A DNA stretch of 64,000 nucleotides from a virus. The DNA lies in IMG/VR virus record IMGVR_UViG_3300027896_000017, positions 32,001 through 96,000 of that record; one strand, given 5' to 3'. This document shows positions 1 through 11,319 of this stretch, piece after piece. Numbering within the stretch: the first letter of the stretch is position 1; each line of letters opens with the position of its first letter. The notes under the pieces are model-generated. The model was not told the DNA's origin and did not search any database. It saw only the letters and a program-made list of their open reading frames with translations. The translations under genes were made by a program, and so were the position numbers.

Positions 1-69
1 CCATTCCCAGCCCCCACTATGATCTATCATTTCTTGAAGATTTACTTTCTGAGTAGATTCGTCACTCAT
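1..69 (-). CDS. 5' end of a gene running off the window (MSDESTQKVNLQEMIDHSGGWEW...), possibly tail tube
   Basis: ATG at 69 with GGAGG 5 nt upstream; open to the window edge; directly downstream of the sheath gene (product inferred from synteny only). Confidence 0.5.
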   Translation of the reverse strand, partial: MSDESTQKVNLQEMIDHSGGWEW

Positions 70-108
70 TGGATCCTCCTAATTTTAGTTTTTATCATTT
101 AGTTAAAT

Positions 109-2739
109 TTAACGCGTTTTAACAAGTAAAGTAATATCATAATAATTCCCAGCAATAAAAGCTGTTGCCGTAAGGAAGAAATTAATCTTATCATCAATGA
201 CCGCATCTCGTTCTATTTTATCCACTGTAAGTTTGGCTATAATGCCATCAGTAACCAATTTGGTGCAAACGATTGAACAGACCTGGCCTAAAAACTTAAA
301 AAGATTGGGATCGTTAATATTATAACGCCCAACATAAGGGGCTACAGCCGATCTTACCGTTTTAGCGCAAACGTCAGCCTGTTTAGTGATCGATCTTTCA
401 CGATACTGTACTGCGTCCATATTGGTTGTAAGATCATGCCTGGAGCGAATGGTGGGAGTTATAGTGGCATCCTGAATCATGATGTCTACGCCGCCTCCGC
501 CTATTTCATCAAGCTGAGCTTTTCTGAAATATGTATTAGTACCCAGCTGGATATTAGAAAGGCCAGGTATGCTGAAAGGCATATTAGTAAGCGACTGAGA
601 AACTATAACCCCACCATCCATACCACAAACTGAAGCGGCAATAAAATATGGAGGCACAAGCAAGTTTTCATTGCCATAACTGGCAGAGAACCATCCAGGC
701 CACACCATACCTACGCGCCTATTACCATATTTGATTGACCCTCCACGATTGGCCTGATCATCCTTGCGGCCACTCTCAAATTTAAAGGAAGGAGTAGTTA
801 CGGCATCACCAACATAATCAGTATTTACGGTAGTAACCACTGTAGGAGTAGACGTAACTGTAGCTGTGGTAATATAAGCAGTTACACTATAAATCTGAAC
901 TTTATCTCCAGTAGTGAGACCAGCGCTAAGAGGATTAAATGAACCATGGAGTGTTATTACTCCAGTATCTTTATTAATACTTCCGGTATCATTGCCCATA
1001 AGATAAATGTCATCTAAATCATAACAAATAACACCTATTCTTTCATGGGCTTCGTATGGCTCCGACTGTTCATCACAATAGGCGCCAATAATACCATTAA
1101 CGCCGGCATCAGTGGTGCCAAAGCAATGACTATAAACATCAAAAAGCTTAAGTTCCTCAAGAGCATTTTCATATTCAGTAGCAAGACTGTCTGAGGAATC
1201 AACATTGACTCCATAACAAACTTTACCACCGGAGCGGCCAAAAATAATATTCATCATAAAAGCCAATTCATTGCGAGGATCTATAGTCTGATCATCTGAA
1301 CGGACCCAAGCGTCACGTATATCTTTAACGCTGGTTATACGTTTTACAACATTATGTTCCTCAGAACGAATTGCCCTGAAATCGCTAATTATTTCAGTTG
1401 TTACCATAGGCTGCCATGCTTGAATAAAATCGCCAGTGGCAATGGGCGTATCGCCTGAGACCCCAGATCGATTCATAGCAGTTATGGTTGTAATAGTATA
1501 ATAAGTTCCATCAAATGAAATGGTGTCGATTGCATATATTCTTTTATAAGTAGTATCTCTTTCTTCTGCAGAACTTGCGGTATTAGCAGCAGTAATTATA
1601 AACAAATCACCCTTATTTAACGCAGGAACATCGTTATCGCTTGGCGCAGGTGTTGTAGAGGTCGTAGTGGGAAGAGTTATTGTCTTGGGAATTTTGAATG
1701 AAGTTTTAGTTGAAGAAACACTGGATATTTTAACACCAACATTGCCATGGAGTCTTTTTAAACCGTAACTCTGAGAAAAACCCACCAATCTGTTAATGCT
1801 GTAAGAATAAAGCTGAATAGTGGATCCAATACTGGTTGCAAAAGCCTTATATTTCAGATAATCACTATCAGCATGCCCAGCACCAAGGGCTTCTGTATTA
1901 AATCTTAAAGTATGTTTATTTATAATCGCGGTTACTGTTGCCAGTTCGGGATCATTAATAGATCCAGATATGGCAAGACTAGAAAGAGATATAATATCTC
2001 CAACCTTTACTTTAGCTGCGATAAAATCAGCAGAAGCATCGTATAACACTTCAGGATAATTAGGAAGATCATTACTGGCGCATCCAACAATAATCTTATC
2101 CCCATCAGTAATATCTACACTATAAGCTTTTGATAAAAATATTTTGGTTTCATCATTACCAATAGAACCTATAATGCCAACATCAAGCCAACTTGAGCCT
2201 GAATGTATAAAAACTCTTTGTCCAGGTTTCAATTGAGCGGTAACTATTGCTCCGCCAATAATTGAAATAATATTAAGACTTGTTGCTGATATGGTTACGT
2301 CACCAGTAGTAAGGACGGCATTATAATACGGAAGTATGGCCTGACAAGAACCCGCTACCTTTTCAGTATTGGGAAGAACATACATTTCATCTCTGGCTAT
2401 AGCCACACCATTAGAAGAAAAATCCGTTGAGTCCAAAGCAAGATCTATTTGACCAACAAGACTATTTGCATAAGCCGCAGGAGGGTAAAAATCAAATGCC
2501 CTTTTTCCAGCAATAGATTCATTATAAACTACTTTATTACTTGTCCCCCATAAAAGATCAGTAGTATGATCGGCATCGTCTTTCTGGCCAATGCCATAAA
2601 AAGTGCCCAACGATTGTTTGTTATATACGTCGTATGCGGTAGCCACAGCAACCGATGGTAAACTTTCAACTGCAACAGCTCCAGGCGAAACAACAAATTG
2701 CTGTCTGACTGATACGTTTGGACCCTGATAGGTACCCAT
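109..2739 (-). CDS. contractile tail sheath protein
   Basis: 876 aa; N-terminal Y..P.V.V.Q motif; C-terminal sheath-like region (RHDLTT...RERSITKQAD...DKINFFLTATAFIAGNYYDITL); AAGGAG RBS. Confidence 0.8.
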   Translation of the reverse strand: MGTYQGPNVSVRQQFVVSPGAVAVESLPSVAVATAYDVYNKQSLGTFYGIGQKDDADHTTDLLWGTSNKVVYNESIAGKRAFDFYPPAAYANSLVGQIDLALDSTDFSSNGVAIARDEMYVLPNTEKVAGSCQAILPYYNAVLTTGDVTISATSLNIISIIGGAIVTAQLKPGQRVFIHSGSSWLDVGIIGSIGNDETKIFLSKAYSVDITDGDKIIVGCASNDLPNYPEVLYDASADFIAAKVKVGDIISLSSLAISGSINDPELATVTAIINKHTLRFNTEALGAGHADSDYLKYKAFATSIGSTIQLYSYSINRLVGFSQSYGLKRLHGNVGVKISSVSSTKTSFKIPKTITLPTTTSTTPAPSDNDVPALNKGDLFIITAANTASSAEERDTTYKRIYAIDTISFDGTYYTITTITAMNRSGVSGDTPIATGDFIQAWQPMVTTEIISDFRAIRSEEHNVVKRITSVKDIRDAWVRSDDQTIDPRNELAFMMNIIFGRSGGKVCYGVNVDSSDSLATEYENALEELKLFDVYSHCFGTTDAGVNGIIGAYCDEQSEPYEAHERIGVICYDLDDIYLMGNDTGSINKDTGVITLHGSFNPLSAGLTTGDKVQIYSVTAYITTATVTSTPTVVTTVNTDYVGDAVTTPSFKFESGRKDDQANRGGSIKYGNRRVGMVWPGWFSASYGNENLLVPPYFIAASVCGMDGGVIVSQSLTNMPFSIPGLSNIQLGTNTYFRKAQLDEIGGGGVDIMIQDATITPTIRSRHDLTTNMDAVQYRERSITKQADVCAKTVRSAVAPYVGRYNINDPNLFKFLGQVCSIVCTKLVTDGIIAKLTVDKIERDAVIDDKINFFLTATAFIAGNYYDITLLVKTR

Positions 2740-2781
2740 GTTATTCTCCTTATAAAAAGTGAAAAATTTATCTTAAATTAT

Positions 2782-3720
2782 CTATTTCGTAGTATTGTTC
2801 GGAACTTCCATTTTTAAATGTAATGAACTCCATAATAAATTATATTCAATATTACTTTTTGATTCCGGCGCAACCCATGGTACAGGTTGATTATTTATAT
2901 CATGAGTTTCAAGTTTTAAAGTATGATTATCCGTTATTTCTTTTACAGTATATAATTGGGCATTATCATCATCTTTAAATCTAATATAATACCAGCCTTT
3001 ATTCAACTCTTGTTCAAGCAATCTTGGGTTATTATCAGGATCAATCCCAAAATTCTGAGTAGTATCGACAAGAACATCCGAATCTTTGATAACACTTCCT
3101 TTATCAGATAGTGGAGCATCTGTACTTGATTTATCAGTTTGATATATTGTAGCAGATTTCCACACTTTAGGTTCTCGAAGTGGCTTTATCCACCCCATTT
3201 GCAATGATACAAAAATCCTAACTGTTACTTCCCATCTTCGTATTTCAGTATCTTTAACCACAGGCACTTCAGGACCGATATCGAGATGGTATAAATTTCT
3301 AACAAAACTAAGATTATCTATAATACCATGTCTGTCGGCCTGAAGCATAACAGCTATATAATTGGCCAAACTTGAAGCTTCAGCACTTTCCTTGGAGCCA
3401 CATATTATGTTCATTGTACCATTGGCTATGGCAACATATTGTGGATTCAGGAAAGTATTGGCCTCGGCACCTTTTAAATTATCGAGAATCCTATTATCAA
3501 ATTGAAAACCTCCTCGTTCAACCACTACAAATGGGGCACTCATTGGTTTTTCATTATCTATTACAAATGGAGCGCATATCCTGATAAAACTCTTTCTATC
3601 ATCAGGATCCCATCTATACTCGGATGGAGTTATTTCCGGATTCTTAAAAATCCATTGTAAATAACTTAATAGGCCATCCATTATGGCTGAAACAGGAAAA
3701 TTTATCATTGGCGCTGGCAT
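2782..3720 (-). CDS. putative tail completion/terminator protein
   Basis: Immediately upstream of the sheath gene; PFVVVER motif typical of tail-completion proteins; ATG 3720 preceded by AAGGGA. Confidence 0.4.
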   Translation of the reverse strand: MPAPMINFPVSAIMDGLLSYLQWIFKNPEITPSEYRWDPDDRKSFIRICAPFVIDNEKPMSAPFVVVERGGFQFDNRILDNLKGAEANTFLNPQYVAIANGTMNIICGSKESAEASSLANYIAVMLQADRHGIIDNLSFVRNLYHLDIGPEVPVVKDTEIRRWEVTVRIFVSLQMGWIKPLREPKVWKSATIYQTDKSSTDAPLSDKGSVIKDSDVLVDTTQNFGIDPDNNPRLLEQELNKGWYYIRFKDDDNAQLYTVKEITDNHTLKLETHDINNQPVPWVAPESKSNIEYNLLWSSLHLKMEVPNNTTK

Positions 3721-3807
3721 TGTATTATCCCTTGATTCTTTCAAAGAACCATATGATCATGTTTAATTTTATTATATCATTCATGGTAAACAATTTCAAC
3801 AAGGTAT

Positions 3808-6800
3808 TTATTTTGTTTTGATTAATAAATCTTTTATATAAAAAAACGCATCTTTAGCTGGATAAAATGCCTGATCATTTTTTTTAACAAACTCTTGCCC
3901 CCATGGTTCAAATTGATTTGATCGCAAAAGATTTTTTGATTTTAATAAATTAGTATTGTAATGATATCCAAATAATTCAGGATTAGATAAGCCCCATAAT
4001 ATTATACCTGGAATAATCTGAGGCATGGTGTTTACCATATGTTGAAGAAAATTATCCACTGAAATCCATGTATAGCATTTTGAAATTTTATCTTGCAAAT
4101 CTTTTAATGAATAATCAAAACAATATTCGTCCATATTATCTAATGGTTTTTCATTTTTAGAACCTATTTGAACAAGTTTATATCCAAGGGGTTTTATCAT
4201 TGCGATTAATTCATTCCAATATGGATAACTCTTGGGGTGATCATCTTTGTGACTATAAGGACTTATTATTATTTCATTTTCAGAACCATATTTAATGATA
4301 TCTTTTGATCCAAATTTGCCGCGAACAGGCTCTCCAGATAATTGATAGATTTGTTTATAAGCCCACGCAATACCTTTGTTCCAATTATTATTTGCCATAA
4401 ATTTATAAATATTATAGTTATCTATATTTTTAAGCAACATTTTAGATTCAGCTATTGAGGCCAATTTAATATCTGGAATGTCTTTAAAAACTTCAGGAAA
4501 AGTAACAAAGAAAATATGAGTTTTATTTTTATATTTTTCAAAATATAATGGCAGGACACTTTTAAAAGCAAAATGATCGCCAAGACCATGTTCTAATACA
4601 ACAAAAGAATAGTCATTTAATTTAACCCCCGACTCTGTCATTTTTTTTAAAAATACGCGCTCGTCATTGGATGCATATTCTTTTGTCTTATTAATATAAC
4701 TATTGTCTCTATTGCCTCCGGTATTATCGCGCAAATGCCACGTAATAGCGCTTGGATCAAAAATATTTGTATAACCCTTTTTAGTCATATTGTAAGTTAA
4801 CATCGTTTCTTCTCTATGGCATATTGGCGATAATTCACGCGAGTATTCAGCTATAGATTTTCTATAAATAAATGTGCTGTGAAGATGATCGACAATTTTA
4901 GGCTGAGAATTTTTAGGATACATATACCACTGTTCGTTTGCTCCAAGAAAAATATCTTCAATTTTATTAGATGCTATAGAAGACGGCGACATAATACCAT
5001 TTCCATCTATTACGCATCCCCCGACAGCGCCCGTCTTATCGGTTACATGTTTTAATAGTTTTTCAAGTACATCATATTCGGGAACCCCATCGTCATCAAC
5101 TCTCCACAAAAATTCTGTTTTAGCTTTTTGGATTGATGATATATGATTTGTAACCCAACTGGTACTATTAGAAAAAACAACTTCCCATGATATTCCCTTA
5201 GCGGATATAATTGAAAAAATATGGGAATATAATGGATCTTTTCTTAAATCTTTATGTTCGCCATCATCATAAATTATTAAATGTTTGGGCTTAACAGTTT
5301 GATTTGCTATAGCCATTAAAGTCAATGGTAGTGTGGTATGATATCTATTTTTAGTTAAAATTACACAAGTTACATCAGTATTTGTTTTCTTATATTTATT
5401 TCTTAAAATTTCTAAATTTCTTTTAAAAATGTCGCTCCATCCAGGTAAATTATTAACTGTAGCTTCGGCTTCATGATATAAGGGAAATTGAGTAGTCCAG
5501 CGACCATTTTCTATATATGGCTTATCATCAATCGGAACTCTAATTAATTCTAAGCCAACTAATTTAACCCTCATGCAATAATCGATATCTTCACTCGATC
5601 CTGGAGAAAATATTTCATCTAAAAGCCCAACAGAATTGATTGTTCTTTTAGATATCATTACACAGAAAAAAATAAGAAAATCAATATCTATTTCACTGTT
5701 ATGTACACAAACAGTCCCAGTAACACCGCATTTATCATTATTTATAAACGGCTCATTCAAACATTTTAACCAACGATCTTTTTCCCAATAATCAAGAATT
5801 CTGCAATCATTATTTAATAAAACAACATAATCCCCAGATGAAGATGTTATGCCAGTGTTAATGGCTTTAGGATAACCTATCGGTTCTGAAAAATCCAATA
5901 ATTTAAAAGAAGGCCCCAGCGATTTTACATATTCTTGCGTGCCATCAGTACAACCATTGGCAACTACTATTATTTCTATACTTTCATTTAATGTGGTATT
6001 TTTGATTATACTTTCACAACATGGTTTAAGGCATGTTTCTAAATTATTAAACGTAGGTATAATAATGGAAAATTTTATGTTATTTTTTACAAATTTATCA
6101 TCAATCCATTTCATTAATATAAGACTAAAACCGTTATCTTGAGGTGTTTTGTATATTATATTATTTTCGGTTAAGTATAAATATTCAAATCCTGGAAAAT
6201 CTTTTTCTGTTAATCTATGCAATTTATGATGTGGACCATATCCGCCAGGCGTTTCATTATATGGTGTAGTGGTAAGCAGACATTTACAATGTTGTTTTAG
6301 TCGTTGTGCCAATTCTTTACCGTTTTCAATATGTTCTAAAAATTCAAAAGCTATGATCGTATCATATTGTTCAAACTTAAAATCATTAACATTGGCTTTT
6401 TGAAATTTTACACCAGGAATATCTCCAAAATTTTTTATAGCATAATCTATAATATTTTGATCATAATCAATTCCGGTATAATCTAAATTTGGAATATCTT
6501 TAAAAAATCTTAATCCATATCCGTAACTACAACCTAATTCTAAAATCTTGGATCCATAAATATTTCTACTACACCATTCATATCTAATCTTTTCTTTTGG
6601 ATTTATATTATCATTTTTTCCAAATACAGCTCTTTCTCCATTATTTCCAAATTTAAATTGATCATTATATCGATCTTGTAATATTTTACGATTTCTTTCA
6701 ATTATATCATTCCAATTTGGAATTTCATGACAAGTAATACCAGCTCTATGATATAAAGGAAAAGTACTAATCCATTGCCCATTTTTAATATAAGGTGTTT

Positions 6801-7353
6801 CTCCTACAGGGACCCTAACAAGTTTAAAACCAGCCCTAATTGTTTTCATACAAAAATCAGTATCTTCACCAGCCCCAGGAGTAAATGCTTCATCTAAATC
6901 TCCTATTAAATCAAACATTGATCTTGGAATCATTACACAACAAAAAGTTAAAACATATGCACCAGCCGCTGAACACCAATTCATTACCGACCCAGTAATT
7001 CCGCATTTTTTATTTTTTATAAATGGACCATTAAGGGTTTCTATCCATTTATTTTTTTCCCAATAATCAAGAATAGTGCAATCGTTATTAAATAAAACAA
7101 TATATTCACCTAAAGCTATTTTAAGTCCAGAATTTATGGCCTTAGGATATCCTATAGCTTCAGGAAAATCTAGTAGTTTAAATTGTGGGCCTAATGACTT
7201 TATATAATCTTGAGTTCCATCAGTACAACCATTAGCAACTATTATTATTTCAATATCTTCATTTAACGTGGTATTTTTTATTATACTTTCGCAGCATGGT
7301 TTTAAACAATCATTTAAATGTTGAAACGTGGGGATAATAATGGAAAACTTCAA
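3808..7353 (-). CDS. multi-domain glycosyltransferase: GT2 - SAM methyltransferase - GT2 - GT2 - GT9-like
   Basis: Two near-duplicate FSIIIPTF...IIVANGCTDGT...LNNDC...EDxD GT2 domains; ILELGCSYGYG SAM motif I; third GT-A domain (RVDDD); C-terminal GLGD...KSYPYW...VDNFLQH...LWG GT9-like domain; TTG start with GGAGGG RBS. Confidence 0.85.
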   Translation of the reverse strand: MKFSIIIPTFQHLNDCLKPCCESIIKNTTLNEDIEIIIVANGCTDGTQDYIKSLGPQFKLLDFPEAIGYPKAINSGLKIALGEYIVLFNNDCTILDYWEKNKWIETLNGPFIKNKKCGITGSVMNWCSAAGAYVLTFCCVMIPRSMFDLIGDLDEAFTPGAGEDTDFCMKTIRAGFKLVRVPVGETPYIKNGQWISTFPLYHRAGITCHEIPNWNDIIERNRKILQDRYNDQFKFGNNGERAVFGKNDNINPKEKIRYEWCSRNIYGSKILELGCSYGYGLRFFKDIPNLDYTGIDYDQNIIDYAIKNFGDIPGVKFQKANVNDFKFEQYDTIIAFEFLEHIENGKELAQRLKQHCKCLLTTTPYNETPGGYGPHHKLHRLTEKDFPGFEYLYLTENNIIYKTPQDNGFSLILMKWIDDKFVKNNIKFSIIIPTFNNLETCLKPCCESIIKNTTLNESIEIIVVANGCTDGTQEYVKSLGPSFKLLDFSEPIGYPKAINTGITSSSGDYVVLLNNDCRILDYWEKDRWLKCLNEPFINNDKCGVTGTVCVHNSEIDIDFLIFFCVMISKRTINSVGLLDEIFSPGSSEDIDYCMRVKLVGLELIRVPIDDKPYIENGRWTTQFPLYHEAEATVNNLPGWSDIFKRNLEILRNKYKKTNTDVTCVILTKNRYHTTLPLTLMAIANQTVKPKHLIIYDDGEHKDLRKDPLYSHIFSIISAKGISWEVVFSNSTSWVTNHISSIQKAKTEFLWRVDDDGVPEYDVLEKLLKHVTDKTGAVGGCVIDGNGIMSPSSIASNKIEDIFLGANEQWYMYPKNSQPKIVDHLHSTFIYRKSIAEYSRELSPICHREETMLTYNMTKKGYTNIFDPSAITWHLRDNTGGNRDNSYINKTKEYASNDERVFLKKMTESGVKLNDYSFVVLEHGLGDHFAFKSVLPLYFEKYKNKTHIFFVTFPEVFKDIPDIKLASIAESKMLLKNIDNYNIYKFMANNNWNKGIAWAYKQIYQLSGEPVRGKFGSKDIIKYGSENEIIISPYSHKDDHPKSYPYWNELIAMIKPLGYKLVQIGSKNEKPLDNMDEYCFDYSLKDLQDKISKCYTWISVDNFLQHMVNTMPQIIPGIILWGLSNPELFGYHYNTNLLKSKNLLRSNQFEPWGQEFVKKNDQAFYPAKDAFFYIKDLLIKTK

Positions 7354-7415
7354 GAATCCCTCCTGTGATTATTGAATTAAATTGGCCACCATTTATTAAT
7401 ATAATATATTTGTAA

Positions 7416-8810
7416 TTAAGATGCAAATGCTTTTGTAATAGTGGAAAAATAATTGGTACCGTTATAATATATAGACACTATATCAATAGCACTTGCTGTA
7501 GTGCTTAATACTAATCCTAAAGCTGTACCCCCAGGTGCTCTTACAGTATTGGGCCAAGTTGCGACTTTACTACCAGTACCGTCTTGAGTGCATCTTAATA
7601 CTAAATTGCAGGGCCCATTAGGAGCTGAAAAGATAAAAGTGCAATTTCCAGTTAAGGTTATTTTTTGTTTTTGCCCATTAATCCAGTTAATTGTGGTAGC
7701 CCCGCTACCATTACCATTATCGTACTCAGATACATATGATGCTGTTTTTAAGGCGGACATATCGCCAGAATCGCTTAATATTACAGAGCTATTTTGAATG
7801 GTTTTGCCATCAGCGCCACTCCATCTAACAATAGCCTTATCTGTAGAAGAAACTGGCATAACATATCCAGATCCAGAATAACCAGAAGTTCCTGACGTTC
7901 CAGACGCCCCAGATATTCCAGATGTTCCAGAAGTCCCAGACACACCAGAAGTTCCAGACGTTCCAGATGCTCCAGATGTTCCAGAAGTTCCAGAAGTTCC
8001 AGAAGTTCCAGAGGTTCCAGAAGTACCTATTCCAGAGACTCCAGACGTTCCAGAAGTTCCTGATGTTCCAGACACCCCAGATATTCCAGATGTCCCAGAA
8101 GCCCCAGACACACCAGAAGTTCCAGATGCTCCAGATGTTCCAGATGTTCCAGATGTTCCAGATGTTCCAGATGTTCCAGAGGTTCCAGAAGTACCTATTC
8201 CAGAGGCTCCAGACGTTCCAGAAGTTCCTGACGTTCCAGATACCCCAGATATTCCAGATGTCCCAGAAGTCCCAGACATACCAGAAGTTCCAGACGTTCC
8301 AGATGCTCCAGATGTTCCAGATGTTCCAGATATTCCAGAGGTTCCAGATGTTCCAGAAGTACCTATTCCAGAAGCCCCAGACGCTCCAGAAGCTCCTGAT
8401 GTTCCAGATGCCCCAGATATTCCAGATGTCCCAGAAACCCCAGACGTTCCAGACGCTCCAGACGTTCCAGAAGTTCCAGAAGTTCCTGAAGTTCCAGACG
8501 CTCCAGATGTTCCAGATTCTCCAGATGTCCCAGATGTTCCAGAAACTCCTGATGTTCCAGATCTTCCTGACGTCCCAGATGTTCCTGATGCCCCTGATAT
8601 TCCAGACGTTCCAGAATAACCAGAATAGCCATAAGTATTAGGATTTATAGAACGATAAACCCCATTAGCGTCTCGATATCCTAAATTTCCAGTATCGTTC
8701 TCAATCCCTATTTGACATAAATCTATATGGCTATTTAAATCCGAACTAGTGTTATTAATTTCGGTAATGTGGACCTGTTCGGCATTAATATCATTATAAG
8801 TATTGGGCAT
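7416..8810 (-). CDS. tail fibre-like protein with (SGT)n Gly-X-X repeats
   Basis: N-terminal QIGIENDTGNLGY anchor-like motif; about 250 aa of SGT/SGA repeats; C-terminal TINW.NG...LTGN...TQDGTG...WP fibre-tip-like domain. Confidence 0.7.
   Translation of the reverse strand: MPNTYNDINAEQVHITEINNTSSDLNSHIDLCQIGIENDTGNLGYRDANGVYRSINPNTYGYSGYSGTSGISGASGTSGTSGRSGTSGVSGTSGTSGESGTSGASGTSGTSGTSGTSGASGTSGVSGTSGISGASGTSGASGASGASGIGTSGTSGTSGISGTSGTSGASGTSGTSGMSGTSGTSGISGVSGTSGTSGTSGASGIGTSGTSGTSGTSGTSGTSGTSGASGTSGVSGASGTSGISGVSGTSGTSGTSGVSGIGTSGTSGTSGTSGTSGTSGASGTSGTSGVSGTSGTSGISGASGTSGTSGYSGSGYVMPVSSTDKAIVRWSGADGKTIQNSSVILSDSGDMSALKTASYVSEYDNGNGSGATTINWINGQKQKITLTGNCTFIFSAPNGPCNLVLRCTQDGTGSKVATWPNTVRAPGGTALGLVLSTTASAIDIVSIYYNGTNYFSTITKAFAS
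7866..8630. repeat. degenerate 9-bp tandem repeat (GATGTTCCA)n encoding Ser-Gly-Thr
   Basis: Visible ccagatgtt periodicity. Confidence 0.95.
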
Positions 8811-8841
8811 AAACTTTTCCTTTTTTTATATTAACTATTTA

Positions 8842-11040
8842 TTAAGAGTTAATTCCAAATTCTAAACCAGCTATTAAAGATAATATTGGACCAACACCCC
8901 AAAATGTTTGAGGTTCATTTTGACTATTATAATCAGTTAAAATCCAATCTGTGGAACGAGCAATATTTGAGATTCTTATTTCATCTAATGAACCATAGAA
9001 ATACGTTTGTGCCGATGCTGTACCTCGACCAATAACCAATTGTGTAGTATAGCTACCTGTTCCCGCCGTATTTACTGTAATGCTTCGCTGAAACGTTCCA
9101 TTAAGATAAAAAGATAAAGTCGTTCCCGAATATACTAGACTTGCCCTATACCATACCCCAGCACTTATGGCAGTTTGGTCGGTAGCATTCCATAAGATAT
9201 TAGGCGCATGACGAGCCACACCTATACCAGTGGTCCATTGGAAAATCCTGTAATCGACTTTTGCGCCATCATCGTAATGCGAAACTAAGGCAGAATGGTC
9301 ATCTGTGTCAGTGGTACTAACTGCATTGAACCAGACCTCTTCAGTTATATCTCCACTAGTTATTCCTAAATTTTGTGAAACTGCTGCGTATTGTGTCGTA
9401 CCATTACAACTTCGCGCCTTGCCAATGTTGTTGTATCCTGTAGTTTCAGTTGTTCCACTATTAGTTAATGTATAACCGTTGGAAGTAGAGTCTGCAAGAG
9501 TGGCTGGGCTTCCCACACCATCTCCGTGATAAACAGCTTTATGGCTTGTGCTGTCCCAAACAGCATATTGTCCATAAGTTGCTGTTGGTTGATACGGCAA
9601 CGCATCAGATTTTCCCCACCATACATAAATTTTAATATCTACAGAAGAACTAATCGAAGGTACCTTTACCCATATTTCTGCCGAGGAAGTGCTTGGGGTT
9701 CCTGTATTATTAAACGAAACAATTTCAAAAGGTAATTGCACAAGCCCGCCTACATCACTAGAAAATCTTATATCACTACCATCTGAATTTGCCCCTAATC
9801 CACTTGTAAATATTTGTTGATCTAAATTCGATGTTCCTTGTGACCCAGTCCATACAAAAGGTGTAGTAAAGTTAGAATAAGTTGGGGCACCTAAACTGCA
9901 TTTTGTATGATTTTGAGTTAGTATAAGTTCCTGTTTCCATCCAATTGGAAAAATAGGAATAGTAAACCGTTCGTCATAATAAATAAAAGTCTCTGGTGAA
10001 CTTTGTGCTGCATAAGCACTTTTGGTATACGCCTCACTAGCTATACTATTTCCTATTCTTATTTCGTCAAGATAGCCATTGAGATATCCATCACCCGCCC
10101 AATTTGATTTTCCTAAATAGCAATTAGGTCGAGCTGCATCACGTAACCAACTTGGTGCAGATGTGGCAGAACCTACTACGACACCATTTATATATAAATT
10201 CAGTGTTCCTGCCGAACCATCCCATGTATATATAAAATGTTTCCACGCACCTGTTGACCATAAATTAGTATCTTGCCGGTAATAGTTGTTTGTGTTGTTA
10301 AACAGATGTATAGATCCTGTGACTGGACTGGTACCAGAATCGTGGTGTATTTCAAAGTTGTCCTGTCCTGCTCCGTTACCAAAATCAATTATACGAGAAC
10401 CCTGTTCAGCAAACGAGTTCCAATACACCCACCCCATAGCCGTCCAATAAGTTCCAAAATTCGGATTTCCAGCAGAAAGGCCTCCATTGATATACATATA
10501 GTTACTTGATCCATTGAAACTTCTTGCTTTACCAATAACACCATTTACTACTGATGTGCCAGAGTTTGTCATGTTAAACGAAGATCCAACCGAATTGTTC
10601 ATATTCGTACTGCCTGTATCATCACCATGATATACCATATTCCATCCCGGAAAAGCATTATAACGGCCAAAGGAATGACTGCTTGAATACTGCGTAGCAA
10701 GTGAATACCCCCACCAAAGATAAAAAGCCGTATCAACTATTGTTGATAAAGAAGGTAATTTTACCCATATTTCTGCACGATAATTTACAGTATCAAAAGT
10801 CACCACATCAAAAGGCAATTCCGTCAATCCTGCCGCATCTATACTAAACCTCAAATCACCACCACCATTCAATGCGGAATAAGCGCCTCCATCTATTAAA
10901 TATGATGGTATATTAGATGTTTCTGCGGTCCATATTAAAAGCACAGCAAAAGCCGAGTAGTCATTCTTAACCTTAGAAGAATTGACATTAAGTTTTAGTC
11001 TGTATTTCCACAGAGCTGTGTCTAATCTAATATCTGCCAT
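8842..11040 (-). CDS. tandem DUF2341 + LamG/concanavalin-like virion protein
   Basis: Two modules of GGDLRFS...LPFE/D...AEIWVK...WWG followed by a LamG-type W.H....YING...G.LDEIRIS motif. Confidence 0.8.
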   Translation of the reverse strand: MADIRLDTALWKYRLKLNVNSSKVKNDYSAFAVLLIWTAETSNIPSYLIDGGAYSALNGGGDLRFSIDAAGLTELPFDVVTFDTVNYRAEIWVKLPSLSTIVDTAFYLWWGYSLATQYSSSHSFGRYNAFPGWNMVYHGDDTGSTNMNNSVGSSFNMTNSGTSVVNGVIGKARSFNGSSNYMYINGGLSAGNPNFGTYWTAMGWVYWNSFAEQGSRIIDFGNGAGQDNFEIHHDSGTSPVTGSIHLFNNTNNYYRQDTNLWSTGAWKHFIYTWDGSAGTLNLYINGVVVGSATSAPSWLRDAARPNCYLGKSNWAGDGYLNGYLDEIRIGNSIASEAYTKSAYAAQSSPETFIYYDERFTIPIFPIGWKQELILTQNHTKCSLGAPTYSNFTTPFVWTGSQGTSNLDQQIFTSGLGANSDGSDIRFSSDVGGLVQLPFEIVSFNNTGTPSTSSAEIWVKVPSISSSVDIKIYVWWGKSDALPYQPTATYGQYAVWDSTSHKAVYHGDGVGSPATLADSTSNGYTLTNSGTTETTGYNNIGKARSCNGTTQYAAVSQNLGITSGDITEEVWFNAVSTTDTDDHSALVSHYDDGAKVDYRIFQWTTGIGVARHAPNILWNATDQTAISAGVWYRASLVYSGTTLSFYLNGTFQRSITVNTAGTGSYTTQLVIGRGTASAQTYFYGSLDEIRISNIARSTDWILTDYNSQNEPQTFWGVGPILSLIAGLEFGINS

Positions 11041-11049
11041 TATTTTCTC

Positions 11050-11298
11050 TTATTGAAGTATATTTGTTGGGATTTCGCCTTCATAAAATGCTTGTTCAGT
11101 TTCAGTGCCCTCATTAATAACATAAAAATTAACTTGGCGCTGAATTCCTATTGGTATTCCGTCTTTTATCTTTGTTTCAAAAACATTGGTTAAATATCTT
11201 TTTGTTATAAGATTTAATTCATTCTGGGCATGAGGTTCAACCTGCACGATTGCAGTAAAACGCGAAACAAGATCAGCAAGTAACTCAGTCTTTGTCAT
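11050..11298 (-). CDS. hypothetical protein (82 aa)
   Basis: ORF with AGGGAG RBS between the two LamG genes. Confidence 0.7.
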   Translation of the reverse strand: MTKTELLADLVSRFTAIVQVEPHAQNELNLITKRYLTNVFETKIKDGIPIGIQRQVNFYVINEGTETEQAFYEGEIPTNILQ

Positions 11299-11319
11299 AA
11301 CATCTCCCTTGTTGTTGGA

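Noticed and set aside
7866-8630. Regular repeats resembling a CRISPR array
   Set aside because: 9-bp coding periodicity with no unique spacers and no cas genes
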